Source of the DNA: Candidatus Jordarchaeales archaeon
Lineage (GTDB): Archaea; Asgardarchaeota; Jordiarchaeia; Jordiarchaeales; Freyrarchaeaceae
Length of the DNA: 64,000 bases
NCBI GenBank assembly: GCA_038889235.1
Contig: JAWAHN010000001.1
Location: forward strand, 631,459 to 695,458
Direction: 5' to 3'
Part shown: positions 9,342-18,474 of the stretch, in pieces
Position numbering within the stretch: the first letter of the stretch is position 1
Layout of the letters: the number at the start of each line of letters is the position of its first letter
Notes under the pieces: generated by a model
Told to the model about the DNA's origin: nothing
Database searches by the model: none
What the model saw: the letters and a program-made list of their open reading frames with translations, nothing else
Position numbers and translations under genes: made by a program

Positions 9342-10502
9342 TTACATTCCTATTTTTGAGAGGGTGTCCATACTTCGTACTTTTCCCACTAATTTTGAAA
9401 CCCCAGGGTCAACTCTCCTCAAGAGGGCTAAATAAAACGCTTGCCACTCTAAAGGTACTGCGTACAGTGGAGGGGAGAGGAAGTTTTCTATAATGCCGTC
9501 TGGGAATGGTATTTTTTCGTCGATCTCCTGAGGGGAGACTTCGAGTATTTTCTCTGTTCCCGCATGTCGCATCCAAAGGTGTTTAATGAACTGGGAGGTT
9601 TTCAGAGATTTTGCCTGGTTTGGGGGCTTAAGTATTATGAGCGGTTTTTTGTCTCTGTTCTCTTCCTCAAGCGTCTCGATTAACGAGTGCACGAATTCCT
9701 CCATTCTTACGTCACAGGCATCTGCTTTGACTCCTTCCATAAGCATTATGAGCGCGTGCTTTCTAGCTATGGGATATCTTGGCCCGTCACCCATCACATA
9801 GAACATTTTGTCAACGTACTTGAACCCCCACTCTGCCGCACTTTTACCCCACTCGAGTACTTTGTCAGACTTACTTAATTTGTCAATAAGGTCAGGTATA
9901 GTCTTGGTCTGCAATTCCAACGCTTTTTCGATTTCGGCATCACGCTGAGAAAAAGCAAGCAGTTCCAGCAAAAGGATGTTTAGAAGCGCTAGGGTAGCGT
10001 GAAATGTTCCAGTTGAGGGGAGAGGTTTCTCAGGGTACGGTTTAGTTCTAGTTCTAACGACAAAACCCCCCTCCTCCTCCAAGTCGAGAAGCGAGCGCCC
10101 AGAAGGCCTTTCCCACCTGTTGGTTATAGCCACGCACGTACTACCTCTCGAAAGGCAGAGTTCCATAGCGTCTAAAGTGTCTTTAGTAGTCCCAGACTGG
10201 GAAAGAAGTATGGCGAGAGTATTTCTTCCAACCCACTTTGGGGGGTTGTCCGCCAGTGTTCTGGCGTGCAGCGTTTTTATCGGTATTTCAGAAAAATGCT
10301 CCCAAAGGTATTCTGAAATCATAGGTATCAGATACTTATCTCCCGCACCCGTCATCAAAATGTTTTTGAACTTGACACTTCCAGCAATTTCCAAAATAAC
10401 TTTGTAACTTTCCTTTATAGATTGTTTAACGCTCTCTCCCTGAAGTAAGATGGCCTCTTTCATGCCTGTTGAGTCAAGTTTTTCAAGTTCTCCCCAATCC
10501 AA
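9342..10502 (-). CDS. SIS-domain sugar-phosphate isomerase family protein (two SIS-like halves)
   Basis: 386 aa; SQSGTT phosphosugar-binding motif; architecture like GlmS isomerase domain / PGI-PMI family. Confidence 0.6.
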   Translation of the reverse strand: MDWGELEKLDSTGMKEAILLQGESVKQSIKESYKVILEIAGSVKFKNILMTGAGDKYLIPMISEYLWEHFSEIPIKTLHARTLADNPPKWVGRNTLAILLSQSGTTKDTLDAMELCLSRGSTCVAITNRWERPSGRSLLDLEEEGGFVVRTRTKPYPEKPLPSTGTFHATLALLNILLLELLAFSQRDAEIEKALELQTKTIPDLIDKLSKSDKVLEWGKSAAEWGFKYVDKMFYVMGDGPRYPIARKHALIMLMEGVKADACDVRMEEFVHSLIETLEEENRDKKPLIILKPPNQAKSLKTSQFIKHLWMRHAGTEKILEVSPQEIDEKIPFPDGIIENFLSPPLYAVPLEWQAFYLALLRRVDPGVSKLVGKVRSMDTLSKIGM

Positions 10503-10624
10503 CCCTTCTCCTCCTCTTTAAAACGGCTTTCTTGAAATGAACCGCTAAAATAGTTTTTAATACGACTAGTTTATAATTTCTGTGTCAGCTCCTTGGAGTG
10601 ACATCTTTTTACTGGGGGGAAACT

Positions 10625-11791
10625 TTGAAGGCCGTGATTTTGGCGGCTGGAAAGGGTACAAGGATGCGGCCTCTTACTTTCACTAGGCCGAAACATATGC
10701 TACCTATAGCTGGGAAGCCGATCTTGGAGCATATAATAAATTTCCTGCGTTTAGGGGGTATAAACGACATAGTCATAGTTGTTAGTCCTGATGGTGATTT
10801 CATAATGGATTATTTCGGTGACGGCACTCGTTTTGACGTGAACATAGAGTATGCAGAGCAAAGGAAGCCTTTAGGCCTTGCTCACGCTGTCTCTGTAGCG
10901 CGCAGTCTACTGGAGGATGAGGAGCGATTCATTACGGTTTTGGGGGATGTGCTCTTCAAACTTAACCTGAAGGACATGTTGGCTTTTCACCTTAAGAAAG
11001 AGGCTAAAGCCACCATAGCCGTTTCCGAGGTTGCGGACCCAACGCCTTTCGGCGTGGTTAAGGTTTCGGATGGCTTTAGAATAGAGAAGCTTGTTGAAAA
11101 ACCAAAGATTCCGCCGTCAAACTTCATTATCGCCGGAATATACATTTTTGAAAAGGAGTTTTGGGATTGCCTAAAGGACCTCAAACCGTCGTGGAGAGGG
11201 GAGTACGAGATCACGGATGCTATTCAACTTATGGTGGATAGAGGGTACTCTGTATACGGATACCTCACCAGGAAGTGGTGGAAAGATACCGGAAAGCCAA
11301 CAGATCTCCTAGAGGCTAGTAGAAAGTTTCTCTCCGAACTCTCAGAATTTTATGTGCTGGGCGAGGTTCAGAAAAGAGCAGAAATACGTGGTCCTGTCCA
11401 GATAGGGCGCGGAACAGTAATTTATGAGGGAGCAAAAGTCTTTGGCCCCACAGTTATAGGCGAGAGGTGTGAGATTGGACCAGACTGCGTTATAGGACCT
11501 AATGTTGAAATAGGAAATGACGTTAAACTGATAGAAAAAGTTGAGCTGCGGAACACCATAGTAATGGCGCATACCCTTATATCAAACAACGTGCGATTAA
11601 GTGACAGCGTAATAGGAGAAAATTGCAAGATAGGCTCCGGCGTTAGAGCTTGCGGAGATGAGAACACGTTCGGTGTCGTAATAGGTGACAATTCCGTCAT
11701 AGGTCCAGGAATTTCGTTTTCCCCTGGGAGTATGCTCGGCCCTAACTCGTCAATAAAGATAAAGTGGGAGGAGGTGGAACATGAAGGGTAA
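10625..11791 (+). CDS. Sugar-1-phosphate nucleotidyltransferase with C-terminal left-handed beta-helix (GlmU-like)
   Basis: KAVILAAGKGTRMRPLT nucleotidyltransferase motif plus C-terminal hexapeptide-like repeats (IGxxxxIG); track start GTG 10598, likelier TTG 10625 after GGGGGG. Confidence 0.8.
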   Translation: MKAVILAAGKGTRMRPLTFTRPKHMLPIAGKPILEHIINFLRLGGINDIVIVVSPDGDFIMDYFGDGTRFDVNIEYAEQRKPLGLAHAVSVARSLLEDEERFITVLGDVLFKLNLKDMLAFHLKKEAKATIAVSEVADPTPFGVVKVSDGFRIEKLVEKPKIPPSNFIIAGIYIFEKEFWDCLKDLKPSWRGEYEITDAIQLMVDRGYSVYGYLTRKWWKDTGKPTDLLEASRKFLSELSEFYVLGEVQKRAEIRGPVQIGRGTVIYEGAKVFGPTVIGERCEIGPDCVIGPNVEIGNDVKLIEKVELRNTIVMAHTLISNNVRLSDSVIGENCKIGSGVRACGDENTFGVVIGDNSVIGPGISFSPGSMLGPNSSIKIKWEEVEHEG

Positions 11792-12785
11792 ACGCGTACT
11801 AGTGACTGGTGGTGCTGGTTTTATAGGTTCTCACATAGTCGACAAGTTAATTGAGAATAACGAAGTCGTAGTGCTCGACAATCTTTCAAGCGGAAAAATC
11901 AGCAACATACAACACCACTTAGGACGTGAAGGGTTCACTTTTATTAAGGGAGATATTCTTGATAAGGACACTGTTAAAGAAGCCGTTAAAGGAGTGGACG
12001 TAGTTATACATCAGGCGGCCGTGGTTGGTGTTAAAAAATATGTCAAGAATCCTCTGAACGTGCTGACCACAAACATTTTCGGGACACATAACTTGATAGA
12101 AGAGAGTCTTAGAGAGGGCGTGGAAAGGTTCGTTTTCGCATCAACAAGCGAGATCTACGGTAAAAATGAGAAGGTCCCATTCAAGGAGGATGGAGACAGG
12201 GTTCTTGGGGCGACAAACATTGCAAGGTGGTGTTATTCAACTTCTAAAGCTGTGGACGAGCACTTCCTTTTCGCGTATTATGAGACTTATGGTTTTCCAA
12301 TGGTTATCCTGCGTTATTTTAACATATACGGGCCTAGGCAGGAAACCAGTGATTATAGTGGAGTCATACCAATCTTCATTAGGAGGGTCTTGAGCGGCGA
12401 GCCGCCATTGATTCATGGAGATGGCAAGCAAACTAGAGCTTTTACATACATCACGGATGCTGTGGAAGCTACGGTGCTAGCTGTTAGCAACAAGAGTGCT
12501 GTGGGAGAAGCTTTTAACATTGGGAGTAAAGAAGAAGTCACAATAGAACAACTTGCATACATGATTATAGAACTTGCAGGCAACAATTCAATTAAGCCAA
12601 AGTACATACCTTACGAAGAGTTCTACGGAAAGAGCTACGAAGACGTAAGGCGAAGAGTGCCGGATGTGGAGAAAGCCGAAAAAGTGCTCGGATTTAGAGC
12701 GAAGATACCTTTACGCGAAGGACTTAAGAAGACAATAGAGTGGTACAAAAGGTCCTTGCTTAGCGGCTCGGATATGATTCAGTAA
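11781..12785 (+). CDS. NAD-dependent nucleotide-sugar epimerase/dehydratase (SDR family)
   Basis: 334 aa; VLVTGGAGFIGSHIVDKL Rossmann motif and YxxxK catalytic dyad region; overlaps upstream gene by 11 bp. Confidence 0.85.
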   Translation: MKGKRVLVTGGAGFIGSHIVDKLIENNEVVVLDNLSSGKISNIQHHLGREGFTFIKGDILDKDTVKEAVKGVDVVIHQAAVVGVKKYVKNPLNVLTTNIFGTHNLIEESLREGVERFVFASTSEIYGKNEKVPFKEDGDRVLGATNIARWCYSTSKAVDEHFLFAYYETYGFPMVILRYFNIYGPRQETSDYSGVIPIFIRRVLSGEPPLIHGDGKQTRAFTYITDAVEATVLAVSNKSAVGEAFNIGSKEEVTIEQLAYMIIELAGNNSIKPKYIPYEEFYGKSYEDVRRRVPDVEKAEKVLGFRAKIPLREGLKKTIEWYKRSLLSGSDMIQ

Positions 12786-12987
12786 TCTCCTTTAATATTT
12801 TCAAGGTTTCCTCGGCTTCTTCTGGCCTAATTTTTTCGATCGCATATCCCGTATGAATCATTACATAATCGCCAACTTTAACCTCGTCGAGCAAGGTAAT
12901 GTATGCTTCCCTAGTTACCCCCCCAAAGTCTACTAGCGCTTTTTCGCCACGAATCTCCAAAACCTTCGCTGGAACGCCGAGGCACAT
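12760..12987 (-). CDS. hypC: HypC/HupF-family (NiFe-hydrogenase maturation chaperone-like) small protein
   Basis: Internal start gives MCLGVPAKVLEI..., the signature N-terminal Met-Cys of HypC; about 75 aa; track ORF is N-terminally over-extended. Confidence 0.6.
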   Translation of the reverse strand: MCLGVPAKVLEIRGEKALVDFGGVTREAYITLLDEVKVGDYVMIHTGYAIEKIRPEEAEETLKILKEITESYPSR

Positions 12988-13041
12988 GAGGGATTCCCCT
13001 GGGGAGAACTTTCTAGTAACTGGGAGGGCATTCGGTGGCAT

Positions 13042-13635
13042 TTAAGTTTTCCCTTTACTAGGCAAGAATCTTTGCGAGATGTGTGGGTCACTCTTAGGAA
13101 GCGTTTCTAGCGCTATCTCTAAGTATGATCTAAGCTCGAAGCCTTCTACGGGGATGCCCAGCTTTTCAGCTTTAAGTAGTAACTCGTTGCGTTTAGTTTC
13201 GACCTCGCTTTCACTTTCAACGATCGTTTCGATTTCCACGAAAAAACCTATGCCGTCAACGTCGTCAAGATGTAGGAGGATTTCGTTCAGCGCGTAGGTT
13301 TTCCTGTTTTTGACTATCTTAGCCACTCGGAGGAAGCCCAGTTTTTCGAAAAGAAGTATGGTTTTAGAGAAGTTATCAACCTCGACTTTTACTTCTTCCC
13401 TAGTCTTTGACTTCGGATCAATCCTCGGACCCTTGTACGTGATTTCCGTCTTGTTTCCAACGCGTCTAACCCTCAGCGCTTCGTCTGTTAACGCAAAGTT
13501 CCTTGAAGGATGTTGGAAGTATATGTCCTCTTGGATTTCTTCGCCAACAAATACGCCACCCATAGAAGTTACCCTTGAGAGGATTTGCTCTACAGAATCC
13601 TTTGGAACCCTGTATTTGATCTCAACTTCTATCAT
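13042..13635 (-). CDS. CYTH-domain protein (triphosphate tunnel metalloenzyme / CyaB-like)
   Basis: Starts MIEVEIKYRV (ExExK signature of the CYTH family); about 197 aa from the internal Met. Confidence 0.7.
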   Translation of the reverse strand: MIEVEIKYRVPKDSVEQILSRVTSMGGVFVGEEIQEDIYFQHPSRNFALTDEALRVRRVGNKTEITYKGPRIDPKSKTREEVKVEVDNFSKTILLFEKLGFLRVAKIVKNRKTYALNEILLHLDDVDGIGFFVEIETIVESESEVETKRNELLLKAEKLGIPVEGFELRSYLEIALETLPKSDPHISQRFLPSKGKT

Positions 13636-13659
13636 TCTGCTTCCATCTCCCTTACCCAC

Positions 13660-13911
13660 TTAGGTCTCTGAAACGTTTATTCTTATGGCGCCTCTAGGGC
13701 AGGCCTCAACACACTTGTAACATGCTATGCAAAATCTTTGAAATGATGGGACAATCCTGTAATGTGTTGGTTCTTTGTTAGGTTCCCTATCTGTCGCATA
13801 CCTGACGAAAACTGTGCAAGGGCATACTTCTAGACACTTTCCACAGTTTTGTGGCTCGGGACATTTGTCTTCAAACCATTCTATCGAAACCTTCACTGTC
13901 AGTTTCACCAT
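13660..13911 (-). CDS. 4Fe-4S ferredoxin-like protein
   Basis: Cys clusters CPEPQNCGKCLEVCP and CIACYKCVEACP; start taken at internal Met (MVKLTVKV) so it overlaps the upstream gene by only 7 bp. Confidence 0.6.
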   Translation of the reverse strand: MVKLTVKVSIEWFEDKCPEPQNCGKCLEVCPCTVFVRYATDREPNKEPTHYRIVPSFQRFCIACYKCVEACPRGAIRINVSET

Positions 13912-14744
13912 TCCTCCTTCAGTCCTGGTATGCTTTCCCTTGGAACAAGAGTAATAGCGTTTTCTGGGCATGCTGCTCGGCAAACGCCGCAGCCAAAACA
14001 CTTCCAAAGATCAATGTACGCCTTACCAAGTGTCGGGCGGAGCTTGGCGGCGCTGAACTGGCAACGCATCACGCAATTTCCGCAACCTATACATTTATCT
14101 AAGTCTAGCATAGCTACATAGTGCCCTTTTAACAAGTGGCGAACGTTAAAGTCGATTCTTGGTCTAAGAGCGATGCATTCTGGGTATTCGCAGTTACAAA
14201 GGGCAAACGCAAACGGGAGAGGGGTGCCAGCGATCGTGTGAACTAACCCTTTCTCGTAGCACTCGTCCAAGAAGGCTTTTGCCTCTTCTACGCTAAGAAT
14301 TTCAACACCTTTTGGAGCATGATCAGGGAAAGTTCTTGCTGTTTCCCCATGAAGACCTAAAGGCATGCACATGTAAACCTTCTCATTCCTGTTCATCCAC
14401 CGGCATGGACACATAACTCGATAAACTTCTCCAGAAATCTCGACAACTTTCTTCGCTTCTTCAACCGTTATTACTTGTCCAAGGTGTCCTTCAGGAAAGG
14501 AGCGAGCGCCTTCATCTTTTTGTATCATTGCTTCGATCATCCTTTTCGTTGGTTCTGCGAGGTTTGGATCATTAATCACGTCGGACAACATTTTAGCGGC
14601 ATCACCGTAAACCTTGTCGATCAATTTCCAATGGTCTAGCTCCCAAAGTTCGTAACCCAGCTCTCTTGCTAGTTTTACAGAAAGATTCCTCTCGTTCAGG
14701 TACCACTTCTTGCCTCCACCATGTTTGTAGCAAAACTTACACAA
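13905..14744 (-). CDS. Fe-S cluster-binding protein with C-terminal 4Fe-4S dicluster domain, function unknown
   Basis: 279 aa; N-terminal MCKFCYKHG, CPCRW, and CIGCGNCVMRC...CFGCGVCRAACP ferredoxin-type motifs. Confidence 0.6.
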   Translation of the reverse strand: MCKFCYKHGGGKKWYLNERNLSVKLARELGYELWELDHWKLIDKVYGDAAKMLSDVINDPNLAEPTKRMIEAMIQKDEGARSFPEGHLGQVITVEEAKKVVEISGEVYRVMCPCRWMNRNEKVYMCMPLGLHGETARTFPDHAPKGVEILSVEEAKAFLDECYEKGLVHTIAGTPLPFAFALCNCEYPECIALRPRIDFNVRHLLKGHYVAMLDLDKCIGCGNCVMRCQFSAAKLRPTLGKAYIDLWKCFGCGVCRAACPENAITLVPRESIPGLKEEW

Positions 14745-14907
14745 AATTCCACCTCACTTGCAGCGAGCGAACACTAGGAAATATGAAGTAGCAGTAATAA
14801 AAAGGCTTAGTTTAATCCTTGCGCCACGATATGTGAAGAGAATACTTATATACTTCTTGGAAATAATCTAAGATTCGCCTCTTTCAGTATAAAGGAGGGG
14901 AACTGAG

Positions 14908-15690
14908 ATTTCAGGGAAGAATCACGACGGAAAAATATTTCTCTTAGACCTTGACGGAACGCTTGGCTTGTCGTTGATACCCGAAGAGGACGCGATACTG
15001 GAAACGCTCGACTTCATAGCCAGTGAAGTCGCCAGACGTTTTAACAAAAAAATTGATAGGGGTACTTTGTACGACTTGTACGTGGAAACGAAAAAGGAGC
15101 AGTATCGCTTATATCCCCTCAACCCGAAGAGACATGACAAAAACCTAAGATGGGAGATGCTACTCAGGAAACTGGGAGAGAAATTGGGTTGCAAGATATC
15201 CGAGGAGCTTTTTGAGGACGTCAAGAAAGTTTACTGGAATCTCTTCGAAAGCAAAGCCAGGCCTTATCCAGATACACATGAAACGCTAGAGAAACTCATG
15301 GAGAAATTCAATGTAGTCATAGTCACCAACAACGATTATGCAGAAGCTAAGAAGAAGATTAAGCTATTCGGATTAGAGGAAGGAAAACACTACGACGTTT
15401 TGGTTACATCGGAGGATTTTAATGTTTGCAAGCCTTCACGAGAGTTTCTCGAAAAACTTATCCCATTCCTCGAGGAGAAGCTAGGGCGGAGGGTAAAGCC
15501 CGAGCACATAGTCGTGGTTGGAGATGACCCTATAAATGACATAGCTTGGGCTAAAAGCGCTGGGCTTAAAGCGATAAGAGTTAAAAGGGACCTTTTGGCG
15601 CCACGTGAACCTAACAATGAGAAAGAGAAAGCAGATTACGATATAGAAAAACTTTTTGAGCTGCTAGAAATTTCTGAAAAAATCCAATAA
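14908..15690 (+). CDS. HAD-superfamily hydrolase
   Basis: HAD motif I FLLDLDGTL lies in frame upstream of the track start (TTG 14968) with no ATG/GTG/TTG before it; C-terminal VVVGDDPINDIAWAKSAGLKAI (motif IV). Start inferred at ATT 14908 (9 nt after GGAGG) or ATA 14935. Confidence 0.65.
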   Translation: MSGKNHDGKIFLLDLDGTLGLSLIPEEDAILETLDFIASEVARRFNKKIDRGTLYDLYVETKKEQYRLYPLNPKRHDKNLRWEMLLRKLGEKLGCKISEELFEDVKKVYWNLFESKARPYPDTHETLEKLMEKFNVVIVTNNDYAEAKKKIKLFGLEEGKHYDVLVTSEDFNVCKPSREFLEKLIPFLEEKLGRRVKPEHIVVVGDDPINDIAWAKSAGLKAIRVKRDLLAPREPNNEKEKADYDIEKLFELLEISEKIQ

Positions 15691-15734
15691 AGGTTGCCTG
15701 GCACCGAGTTATCAGCATTAAGGGAGGTCCACAG

Positions 15735-17030
15735 ATGAGTGTCCTTGAACATGTTTTTTCTAAGATAGGGTTAGAGTTTGACGAGGAAATAGGAACATAT
15801 GCCCACGTGAAGACGAAAATTCCTCTGACGGTTTATTACGACGACGAGAAAGAGGAGCTGGTTTTGTTAGATCAAACTAAGCTTCCATTTGAAGTCACTG
15901 TGTGGAAGACTAGGGATTGGAGGGAGGCTGGAAATCCAGGAATAAAAGGGATGATAGTTAGGGGAAGCCAGGCGATAGGATGCGCCGCCGGGTACGCTAT
16001 GCTGCTTGCAGCTAACAGCTTTAAGAGTTTTGGAAGGAAGGAGTTCATGGAGAAGCTTGGTGAAGCAGCATCTTTCCTACGTGCTACAAGGCCTACTGCT
16101 TCACCTTTAAAGTGGGCTGTGGACTTATGTGAGAGAGCGGCGCGGAACGCGCTCCGGGATAAAGGGGTCAACGAGGCTGTTGATGCAGTGAAGGAAACAG
16201 CAGACTACATACTCGCCTCCGACTTAATTATGAATTGGTACTTGAGACAAGAGGGTAAGCCTTTCATAAAGGATGGCGACGTAATAATGACGCATTGTAA
16301 TGGTGGAAGCCTTTCGTCAACTTTCGGAGGACACGCACTTGGGATCATTGAGGAGGCTTATGCTGAGGGGAGAGAAATCATGGTGGTTGCTAAGGAAACA
16401 CGTCCAAGGAGTCAGGGGTACAAGCTCACAACGTGGGAGCTTAACAGAGCAGGGGTCCCGGTGGTAATAATAACGGATAATATGATATCGTCTGCTATAG
16501 AGAGGTTTGGGGTAACTAAAGTATTGCTTGGAGTAGACAGAGTGGCGAGGGATGGGTCGGTAGCTAATAAGATAGGTTCAGCAGACATAGCGCGTGTTGT
16601 GGCATTATACGAAAACATAGAGTTTTACTATGCAACATCCTACAGCACGATAGACTTAGAAACACTAGAGGGGAAGAACATTCCAATAGAGGAGAGGAGT
16701 ATAGACGAGGTCACTTACCCATATGAACTTGAAGCTAAAGACAAGAAAGAGAGGGGCATACTTTCAAGCAAAAGTCTAGACAGGTGGCCGCCCCGAGAAC
16801 TCCTCGTTCAAGGAAAGCCTGGAAGAGGACAAATAGCAATATATAATCCCGCCTTTGACGTCACTCCTCCCAAACTCATAGACTTGATAATAACCGACAT
16901 AGGTGTTTTTGCGCCTCAACAGATAAGGACGCTAACCGAGGAAAAAATAACATTAATGGTGAAAGAGCGCCTTGAGAAGCAAGGGATAAGCATGCCTAAA
17001 TATATAGCTGCCACCCGCAACGAGACGTGA
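15735..17030 (+). CDS. eIF-2B alpha/beta/delta-family isomerase (ribose-1,5-bisphosphate isomerase / methylthioribose-1-phosphate isomerase-like)
   Basis: 431 aa; LDQTKLP motif and overall similarity to MtnA/e2b2 family. Confidence 0.7.
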   Translation: MSVLEHVFSKIGLEFDEEIGTYAHVKTKIPLTVYYDDEKEELVLLDQTKLPFEVTVWKTRDWREAGNPGIKGMIVRGSQAIGCAAGYAMLLAANSFKSFGRKEFMEKLGEAASFLRATRPTASPLKWAVDLCERAARNALRDKGVNEAVDAVKETADYILASDLIMNWYLRQEGKPFIKDGDVIMTHCNGGSLSSTFGGHALGIIEEAYAEGREIMVVAKETRPRSQGYKLTTWELNRAGVPVVIITDNMISSAIERFGVTKVLLGVDRVARDGSVANKIGSADIARVVALYENIEFYYATSYSTIDLETLEGKNIPIEERSIDEVTYPYELEAKDKKERGILSSKSLDRWPPRELLVQGKPGRGQIAIYNPAFDVTPPKLIDLIITDIGVFAPQQIRTLTEEKITLMVKERLEKQGISMPKYIAATRNET

Positions 17031-17075
17031 AAAACATTTATTATCCTTTGAAGAATCATAGAAATCCTGGAGCTG

Positions 17076-17222
17076 GCGGGGGTTGCCTAGTGGCTAGCTT
17101 AAAAGCCCGCAAAAGGCGCTGGCCTGGAGCCCGATGACTGAAAGCCAGTGACCCGAAAACTCGCGTGGCTAACACGCGTAGCCGGAGGGGTCGCGTGGGT
17201 TCGAATCCCACCCCCCGCGCCA
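17076..17222 (+). tRNA. tRNA-Ser (anticodon GGA or UGA), intron-containing, CCA encoded
   Basis: Acceptor GCGGGGG/CCCCCGC with discriminator G and CCA; T-arm GTGGG-TTCGAAT-CCCAC; anticodon stem CTGGC/GCCAG with a 13-nt insert in the loop; long variable arm with a further hairpin insert; D-region insert. Folded by eye. Confidence 0.6.
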
Positions 17223-17304
17223 AACTCATTTTCACTGAGGCTGTGTCTCAGGGGACTTAAAGAGAAAAATATAATGTTATTCTAGTTTGAACGGGCTCCG
17301 CCAC

Positions 17305-17733
17305 TTATATGTCAAGAACGAAAACCAGGCGGACTTTGCCTTCTTTGACGTCGATCTCCATTTCGTGGTATGTCGCCGCTTTGACGTGTGTTTTTGACAC
17401 GTGTTTTTCGTGGTTAAATTTTTCTCCTTTGGCAGTTGCAACAAGTTTGTAGCCCCCGTCCTCCTTTGTTATCTTTTTTACTTTGAAATCTGAAAAGACA
17501 AGACGTTCAGAATCTGTTAGGTATATGAATTCTTCAAGCCAGTTATACAATAGGTTTTCCAAGTCGCTGCCCTCAACTTCTATCTTCTTTTCTACAACAG
17601 GGGTTACCTTAGAAATGTCCGTCATTAACTCGTAAAGTCCTCTTGCTGCCTCCTCGAAAGCCTCTTCAAGCGTTTTTCCCTCAGCCTCTATTTTAACATC
17701 TGCCGTGTGCTCGAGGAACCTGAATTGTCCCAT
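17305..17733 (-). CDS. Archease (RtcB tRNA ligase cofactor)
   Basis: Internal start MGQFRFLEHTADVKIEAEG, the archease N-terminal signature; GGAGGG precedes this ATG. Confidence 0.8.
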   Translation of the reverse strand: MGQFRFLEHTADVKIEAEGKTLEEAFEEAARGLYELMTDISKVTPVVEKKIEVEGSDLENLLYNWLEEFIYLTDSERLVFSDFKVKKITKEDGGYKLVATAKGEKFNHEKHVSKTHVKAATYHEMEIDVKEGKVRLVFVLDI

Positions 17734-17876
17734 GTTTTTCCCTCCACGCAAGAATTTTGACATAACTTAGCTCGTTATGAAGGAAAAACTTTCCCCCTAC
17801 GATGAGAGGAGGGGGCTAGGCATCAAGAAAAAGATCCCGGTGGTGTCCTTGATAATACTAAGTTTCAAAATAGGCG

Positions 17877-18407
17877 ATGGCGAGAAGACAATCCGAAAAA
17901 GTGTCGGAGGATTCCTGGTTGAAGTATGTTAAAGTGGTCTTTTTGGGGTTGCCCTCGGTTGGCAAGACGAGCATTATAACGCTTTTGAGTGAAAACAGAG
18001 TTGTTAGAAGCTACGATCCAACGATAGGCGTCGATTTTGGTTCAGTGTCCATCGGCGAGTGTGAGGTCTCATTGTGGGATCTTGCAGGACAAGAGAGGTT
18101 TCAATTTCTCTGGGATGACTTCATAAAGGGCGCGAAGATCATTTTCGCGGTTAGTGATTCAACGCCGAAGAATGTTTTGCAAACGAAAAAGATAATAGAT
18201 GAGATTAGAGGGAAAACTGATGCTCTTATAATAGGTATAGCTAACAAGCAAGACCTTCCGGGAGCTATGAAGCCAAGTCAAGTTGAGAGTATACTTAAGG
18301 TTCCAACTTACGGTATGGTCGCAATAGACCCTAGGAAGAGAGTTAAAATGTACAGTATTTTGAGGCAAGCTTTAGAGCAGACTGTTCTAGCTGTGGCGAG
18401 CAATTAG
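17877..18407 (+). CDS. Ras-superfamily small GTPase, Rab-like
   Basis: 176 aa; P-loop GLPSVGKTS, switch I TIGVDF, switch II WDLAGQERF, NKQD. Confidence 0.8.
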   Translation: MARRQSEKVSEDSWLKYVKVVFLGLPSVGKTSIITLLSENRVVRSYDPTIGVDFGSVSIGECEVSLWDLAGQERFQFLWDDFIKGAKIIFAVSDSTPKNVLQTKKIIDEIRGKTDALIIGIANKQDLPGAMKPSQVESILKVPTYGMVAIDPRKRVKMYSILRQALEQTVLAVASN

Positions 18408-18474
18408 CTGTCATCACTTCTCTCCGCGAAACTTTTTATGCTAACTTTGGCTGACATGGTTTTGGGGTCTGTAA

